A stretch of 64,000 nt of DNA. Origin: Felis catus. Taxonomy: Eukaryota. Below, in pieces: positions 57,301-64,000 of this stretch (positions are counted from its first letter, which is position 1; each line of letters begins with the position of its first letter). The stretch spans positions 24,366,001-24,430,000 of the forward strand of contig NC_058375.1 in assembly GCF_018350175.1 (NCBI RefSeq), read 5' to 3'. The notes below the pieces were generated by a model. The model made no database searches and had not been told where the DNA came from. It was given only the letters and a program-made list of their open reading frames with translations. The position numbers and the translations under genes were made by a program.

Positions 57301-60300
57301 TTGGGCCTTAGATACACAGAATTGAGATCAACATTATCCTTGGCTCATAAGCATCAAAAGAAGGTCCATTTTTGGTCTTTTTGAAATACATATTTTACTG
57401 TTTATTCATTAACTTAAATATTTTCATAGTGCTATGAATATCCATATTCCTACACCCCAATCACTCTTCTAAATTTTGTGTTTATTATACTCTTGCTTTA
57501 AAAAAAAAAATGTTTATCCTGGGGCGCCTGGGTGGCTCAGTTGGTTGGGTGACCGACTTCAGGTCATGATCTTGTAGTTTGTGGGTTCAAGCCCCGCATC
57601 GGGCTCTGTGCTGACAGTTCAGAGCCTGGAGTCTGCTTTCTTTTCTGTGTCTCCCTCTCTCTGGCCCTCCCCTGCTCATGCTCTGTGTCTCTCTGTCTCA
57701 ATAATAAATAAATGTTAAAAAAATTTTTTTAAATGTTTATCCTGTGTATATATGCCTAAACAATATATAGTAATTATTTACTTGTTTTTGAACTTTTTAA
57801 AAAAGGTGTCATACTGGGGCACCTGTGTGGCTTGGTTGGTTAAGCATCCAACTTCGGCTTAGGTCCTGATCTTGCGGTCTGTGAGTTTGAGCCCTGCGTT
57901 GGGCTCTGCTGACAGCTCAGAGCCTAGAACCTGCTTCAGATTCTGCGCCTCCCCCAGTCGCACTCTGTCTCTCTTTCACAAATAAATTAAAAAAAAAAAG
58001 GTGTCATACTATGTAATCTTCTGGGACTTGCTTGGTTTTTTTTTTTCTTTTTTTAAGTTTATTTATTTATTTATTTTTAGTAATCTCTATACCCAGTGTG
58101 GGGCTTGAACTCCTGACCCTGTGATCAAGTCATACGTTCTCCCAACTGAGCCAGCCAGGTGCCCCCTGTGCCTTGCTTTTATCACACAATATTATGTTAT
58201 GAAAATCCATCCACCTTGCATATAGCTTTAGTTCTTCCACTTTTCTCTGATGAATAATATCTTATTGTCATTATACTTCAGTTTATCTGTTTTTCCATTC
58301 TTAATTTGTGTCTAGTTTTTTAATGTTGTGAGCAGCACTTTAAATATTCTTGTACATGTCTCAGTTCATACATGCAAAAATTTTGGCTGTTTCTCTAGTA
58401 CTAGAATTGCTGGACTGTAGGGTATGTGAATATTAAATGCCTTGTTGCTTTTCATTGTGGTCAAATGAATTTATAGTCCCACTGGCAATGTATGAGAGAT
58501 ACCTTGATTCATATCCTTTCCTATACTTGGAATTAGACTTTATTTTTTTATTATTTTTAAAATTTTTTTTTAACGTTTATTTTATTTTTGAGACAGAGAG
58601 AGACAGAGAATGAACGGGGGAGGGTCAGAGAGAGAGAGACACAGAATCTGAAACAGGCTCCAGGGTCTGAGCTGTCAGCACAGAGCCCGATGCGGGGCTC
58701 GAACTCACGGACTGCGAGATCATGACCTGAGCCGAAGTTGGCCGCCTAACCAACTGAGCCACCCAGGCGCCCCTGGAATTAGACTTTAAATTTTGCCAAC
58801 TAAATGAGTGTGAACAGTATGTGATTGTGATCTTGATTTGCATTTCACTAATAACCAGTGAAACTGAGTATCTCTTCATATGTTTATTAACTATTTGTGT
58901 GTCCTCTACTGTGAAATGTTTTTTCCTTTGCCCATTTTTCTCTTTTTGGTTGTTTGGCTTTCTTTTTCTTACCAGTTTGTAGTAGTTCTTTTTTCTGGTA
59001 TAGATAGTCCAGTGGCCATACATTGCTCCAAATATCTTCTGTTTTGGTTTTGTCTTTTCACTCTAAAGTATCTTTAATGAACAGAGATTCTTGATTTTAA
59101 TATAGTTATATTATTTCCTTTATAAGTGCTTTTTGTGTTTTAAGAAATCCTTACCTTGGGGTGTCTGGCTGGCTCAGTCAGAAGAGCAGGCGACTCTTGA
59201 TCTCAGGGTCATGAGTTCAAGCCCCGTGTTGGGCATAGAGCTTACTTAAAAAATAAAAATAAAAATAAAAATAAAAGCTTTATAGGTTTGCCTTCACATG
59301 TATTTACTATATGTAGAATAGATTTTTATGTCCATTGATGGATGAATGCATAAAGAAGATGTGGTAGGTATATACAGTGGAGTTTTAGCAATCAAAAAGA
59401 ATGAAATCTTGCCATTTGCAACTACGTGGATGGAACTAGAGGGTATTATGCTAAGCGAAATTAGTCAGAGAAAGACAAATATCATATGACTTCACTCATA
59501 TGAGGACTTTTAAGACACAAAACAGATGAACACAAGGGAAGGGTAGCAAAAATAATATAAAAACAGGGAGGGGGACAAAAACATAAGAGACTCTTAAATA
59601 TGGAGAACAAACAGAGGGTTACTGGAGGGGTTGTGGGAGGGGGGATGGGCTAAATGAGTAAGGGGCACTAAAGAATCTACTTCTGAAATCATTGTTGCAC
59701 TATATGCTAACTAACTTGGATGTAAGTTAAAAAAATAAAATAGAATCGATTTTTAAATATAGTTTGAAGTAAGAATCCACTGAAATTTTTTCATTCCGCA
59801 AATACTTATTAAGCACCTGCTTTGTGCCAGGCATTGTGTATGGGTCTGTTTTTGGGCCTGTGTTCTGTTGACTTGGTCTGTTTATTGACGCATATGCCAG
59901 TACCCAGTGCTTAATTGTGATAGCTCTTCAGTAAGTTTTGACATCTAGTAGCACAAGTCCTCCCACTTTGTTCTTAAAAAAAAAAACAACTGACTTGCTA
60001 TTTGCCCTTTATGCTTCTTTTCTTTTTTTAATATTTATTTATTTAAATGGCAGTATTCTTTTTTTAATGTTTATTTATTTTTAATGTTTTACTTATTTGA
60101 GAGAGAGGGAGAGAGAACGTGAGCAGGGGAGAGGCAGAAAGAGGGGGGCAGACAGAGGATCCAAAGCGGGCTCTGTGCTAACAGCAGAGAGCCTGATGCA
60201 GAGTTCGAACTCGTGAACTGAGACATGAGATCATGACCTGAGCTGAAGTCAGACGCTTAACCAGCTGAGTCACCCAGGAGCCCTTTGAACTTCTATATAA

Positions 60301-61055
60301 ATTTTAGAACTCATCAAGTGCTGGGATTTTGGTTGTAATTTTATTGAATCTTTACATCATCTTTTTTGTTTTGTTTTTAAGTTTTTTATTTATTTAAGTA
60401 CTGTCTACATCCTATGTGGGGTTCACACTTAAAACTTTGAGATCAAGAGTTGCATGGTCCTCTGACTGAGCCAGCCAGGCACCCGTGAATCTTTATACCA
60501 TCTTAGGGAGAATTGATATTTTGAGAATATTTAGCCTTTGCATCAGTGAACATGGCATGTTTCCATTTACTTGGGTCCTTTTATTTTATTTTTTATTTTA
60601 TTTTATTTACGTCTTGTCTGTTTTTTAGAGGGAGGGAGAGCACGCAAGGAGGGGCAGAGAGAGAAGGAGACAGAGAATCCCAAGCAGGCTGTGCCCTGTC
60701 AGCACAGAGCCTGAGGCGGGACTTGATCTCAGGAACTGTGAGATCATGACCTAAGTGGAAGTTGGACACTCGACTGAGCCACCCAGGCCCCCTAGATTTT
60801 TTTTTTAATGTTTACTTATTTTGGGGAGAGAGAGCTCAAGAGCACATGCACGCACAGGGGAGGGGCAGAGAGAGTCAGGGACAGGGTATCAGAAGCAGGC
60901 TCTGTGCTGTCATCAGAGAGCCCAATGCAGGCTTGAACTCACAAACTGTAAGATCATACCCAAACCAAAGTTGGATGCTTAACTGACTGAGTCACCCAGG
61001 CACCCCTAGAAATTTTTTCAAAGTAATTACAAAAATTTTGTTTTTAATGTTTATT

Positions 61056-61091
<36 letters not shown>

Positions 61092-63365
61092 CGCGCGAGT
61101 GCGCACAGGGGAGGAGGGGTAAAGAGGGAGACAGAGAATCCCAAGCAGGCTTTGCACTGCCAGTGCAATGCCCCATGTGGGGCTTGAATTCACAATCCAT
61201 GAGATCATGACCTGAGCTAAAATCAAGAGTCTCTTGCTCAACTGACTGAGCCACCCAGGCTCCCCTCCAAGTACTTCTTTTTAATGCTATCATAAACTAT
61301 CTTTTAAAATTTTTATATTTAGGTTGTTTACTGGTATAGAGAAATGTAGTGCAGTTCTTTTTTATTTAGACATATATCCAGGGTCTCTGTAGATCTCTTT
61401 CTACTACCTGTTGTTTCTGTGAGCTCTCACTCGTAGTGCTTTGTTTCCTTGCATGTTTTGTAATTTTTGACTCTGCGGTCATATTTTTTGGAACTTTGTG
61501 GCCTGGGATGAAGATAGGTTCTTAAAGCAAGATTTGCCTTTACTTTGTAAAAGAGGTAGCTTTTGAGATGGGCTTTGTCCTTGTTGAATGTAGTACATGA
61601 GGAACATGGAATCAAGGGGTGGCTTCTGTCTTAAACAATTGGGTAGTTGGAGGTGAGAATAGGAACCCTGGGAAAGGAGAGCATAGGAGAAATAAAGCAG
61701 TGGATGCAGTCAAGATTATGGAGGAGGTGTAATGAAAGGGATGGGCTGTGGATTGAAATGAAAGTCAAGAAAGGGTGTTGTTAAGAATTATAATTAGTTT
61801 CTCAACCTGAGTGGATATTGGTGTCATTAACAAGAATATTAAAAGAGAAGTCTGGAAGTTAAATATGAATGCCTCTCTATAAGTTGTTAGATCCAGTTGA
61901 ATTTGAAGTGCCTCTAGGATTCACAGGTGGAGCTGGCTGGGAGGTTGTTGGAATTGTGAATCTGGAGCTCAGAACAGAAATCAAGATGGAGTGAGTCTGG
62001 GCAGGCATCTATATAGAAGGTAGAGTTAAAGCTCCATCTACAACATTGCCATGAGAGTAAAAGGCTTAATACAATAAAAACAACTTCGGGGGCTCCTGGG
62101 TGGCTCAGTCAGTTGAGCATCTGACTTCAGTCCGGGTCATGATCTCACAGTTTGTGCCTGGCATCGGGCTCTGTGCTGACAGCTCAGAGCCTGGACCTTG
62201 CTTTGGATTCTGTCTCCCTCTCTCTCTGCCCCTCCCCTGCTCATACTCTGTCTCTTTCTCTCTCAAAAATAAATAAACATAAGCAAACAAACAACTTAGT
62301 ATTTGGAGCCAAGTCTTGCTTCTTTCACTATGAGTGTGGTATATAAAACAGTATCCACCTTTTAGTCTTACATTCTGCCTTGTACCGAGGATTAAACAAG
62401 CACCAAATAGTGCCTGGAGCCCGACCTCTGGGTTTCTATCCCAGTTTACCAACTGTGTAGCTTTGGGCAAATTACTTAACCTCCCTGTGAGCAGAGTGAG
62501 GATAATAATAGTATGGAGTTTAAGAGGTTGTTGTAAGGATCACAAAATCACATACAGTGCCTGGCACAGGGTAAACAATGTTATATGTGTATTGAAAATG
62601 CTTTATAAACTATAAAGATATTCATAATTGGAAGAGCAGAGGGTCATCTTCGAAGAAGACCTACCTTTAAGGGATGAGAGGAAGAAAAGAGACTTTTTAA
62701 AAAGAGGGAAAGAGGACTCAGAATGTTGGGATAATCAGGAAATGACCATGTCAAGGAAGGTTCAGTGGGGAGGATGTGATGAGAATTGTTGTGATGATGA
62801 TTTATAAAAGATTTCCTATCTATTTCAGTTATTGTTAGTCACCTCTTTTTCTTAAACTCTTGGAGCCTTTTGGACCATAACTATTTAAAAAGAAATAAGA
62901 GTTTGTAAGCATTTCACAATTTACAAAGAGATTTAACTATCTCCTCCAATTCTCACACTGTTAGGTAGAAGTTGTTGCCTCTATTTAGTAAGTGAGAAAA
63001 TTGAGGCTCACAAGGTAGACTTGCCCAAGTAACAGAGCTTGAGTTGCAGTTCTGTTTTTTGATACTGAATCTCCTTTGATAATCCTATATGCCTAATTAG
63101 ATCGCAAGTTTCCTGAGGCATTAATCTAATCAGTAATTCCTTGCCTAGCTCAATGCTGGGTGGCTCTTCTCTTAGTGTTCAAAGTAGACTAAGTGAAGAG
63201 TGGCTTGGGTCTGGAATAACATGTCCTTTCTCCCCTCTTCCCTCTAGCGCCCTCACAAGGCCAATGCTGAGGAGATGACCAAGTACCACAGTGACGACTA
63301 CATTAAATTCTTGCGCTCCATCCGCCCAGATAACATGTCTGAGTACAGCAAACAGATGCAGAGAT
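45326..63365 (+). CDS. HDAC1: Histone deacetylase 1, exons 1-3 (gene continues past the right edge)
   Basis: Exons 45326-45374, 52013-52125, 63248-63365: [93 protein letters not shown]; GT-AG, in phase. Confidence 0.97.
45545..45713 (+). repeat. 66-bp purine-rich minisatellite (~2.5 copies) in HDAC1 intron 1
   Basis: Units start at 45545, 45611, 45677 (AGGAGGTCGAGACTGAGGGAGGAGGCTCAGAGGAAAG...GGCTGAGAGC), within a wider GAGGCTGAG-rich tract from ~45435. Confidence 0.85.
50819..51049. mobile_element. MER58A-type hAT-Charlie DNA transposon
   Basis: TTGGCAAATTTTCTGTAAAGGGCCAAATAGTAAATATTTT...AAAGCAGCCATAGACAATA...GGCTGTGTTCCAGTAAAATTTTATTTACAAAAA...GTCATAGTTTGCC. Confidence 0.7.
55992..56144. 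other. Assembly gap (153 N)
   Basis: Run of N. Confidence 1.
59329..59740 (+). mobile_element. 5'-truncated carnivore LINE-1 3' end with A-tail and target-site duplication
   Basis: ATAAAGAAGATGTGG...AAGAATGAAATCTTGCCATTTGCAACTACGTGGATGGAACTAGAGGGTATTATGCTAAGCGAAA (ORF2 end/3'UTR); TSD TAGAATAGATTTTTA (59314-59328) / TAGAATCGATTTTTA (59741-59755). Confidence 0.85.
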
Positions 63366-64000
63366 GTAAGTCCATTCTGTTCCCTCCTTACTCTCAAGGC
63401 CCCAGTTGGATCTGCCCTTCAGTTGCAGAGGCTTACCCTGCCTTCCCTTGTATCTCCCATTCATCCCATACTTCATTTCCCCTGCCTTCCAAGGATGCCA
63501 AAGTGCAGCTCTTTTCTCCAGTCTAGCTTTCCTTGTTTCTTGATTGTAAAGAATAGTGTTTGATCTTTGTCTAGTTAGGTTCACAACAATATGCCAAGAA
63601 AACCGTAATTGTTGTGATGGAAAACGCACTGACGTAGGAGAGGGAGACAGAGATAGAAGTCCCAGCTCTGACTCCAAACTGACCAGGCTGGTCACTTCCC
63701 CTCAGATTTTTCTTTCGTAAAATGGACTGGATGTCATCCCGTACAACTGTAACTGCTCTCACTTTGTATTAATTGAGAATCGAGGGGCCACTTAGGACAG
63801 ATTCTAGATGATGTAATCTTTGAGTTGAGGTGATTCTACCCCTGCTTCCTGAGACTTGAAACAGGTGTCATCTCGGAAGCTACGCTCAGTTTGTAGGAAT
63901 TAATGAGGCTTATTTTAGCTATGGGAGAAAATGTGTTTAAATTTGGAAAAAACTTATATCTGACTTCTCCCTGTGTTATTTTAGAAATTATCTCTTAGCA

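Larger units (their letters stand above)
55790..61400 (-). mobile_element. Fragmented ancient LINE-1 (L1M-type) sequence, antisense in HDAC1 intron 2, broken up by SINEs
   Basis: Minus-strand translation near 58800-58930 ([21 protein letters not shown]) resembles the L1 ORF2 C-terminus; T-rich L1-like stretches between SINEs. Extent approximate. Confidence 0.55.
46900..62290. mobile_element. Roughly two dozen Can-SINE copies across HDAC1 introns 1-2
   Basis: Examples: minus ~46900-47115, 47665-47896 (TSD AGATTGAACCCTTTTC), 49735-49946, 51635-51838, 52790-53009, 53340-53543, 56145-56304, 58550-58773, 60060-60283, 61040-61266; plus ~50364-50570, 55427-55530, 56530-56745, 57521-57725, 57816-58000, 59158-59275, 62087-62290. 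Confidence 0.85.

Overview
Mammalian genomic DNA from a cat-family carnivore (dense SINEC_Fc/Can-SINE copies), syntenic to human 1p35. Gene order: TMEM234 (-, first three coding exons), sharing a compact bidirectional promoter with EIF3I (+, complete, 325 aa, one U12-type intron); a 10-exon MTMR9-like gene (-); FAM167B (+, complete, 163 aa); LCK (+, distal and proximal promoters, 12 coding exons, one mostly inside an N gap); and HDAC1 (+, exons 1-3, continues beyond the window). The main finding: the locus matching the human pseudogene MTMR9LP splices here into an uninterrupted 543-aa ORF with canonical GT-AG introns, a strong Kozak start, CpG-rich 5' end and polyA signal. It looks like an intact, poorly characterised myotubularin pseudophosphatase with a degenerate C-terminal coiled coil, in an MTMR9L-FAM167B-LCK block that mirrors MTMR9-FAM167A-BLK. 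Secondary observations: LCK 5'UTR uORF architecture, a decayed ~30-bp tandem array before the LCK distal promoter, a 66-bp purine minisatellite in HDAC1 intron 1, and template-switch scars. Exon boundaries were derived by hand; repeat boundaries are approximate; comparisons to human proteins and repeat consensi are from recall, not from alignments.
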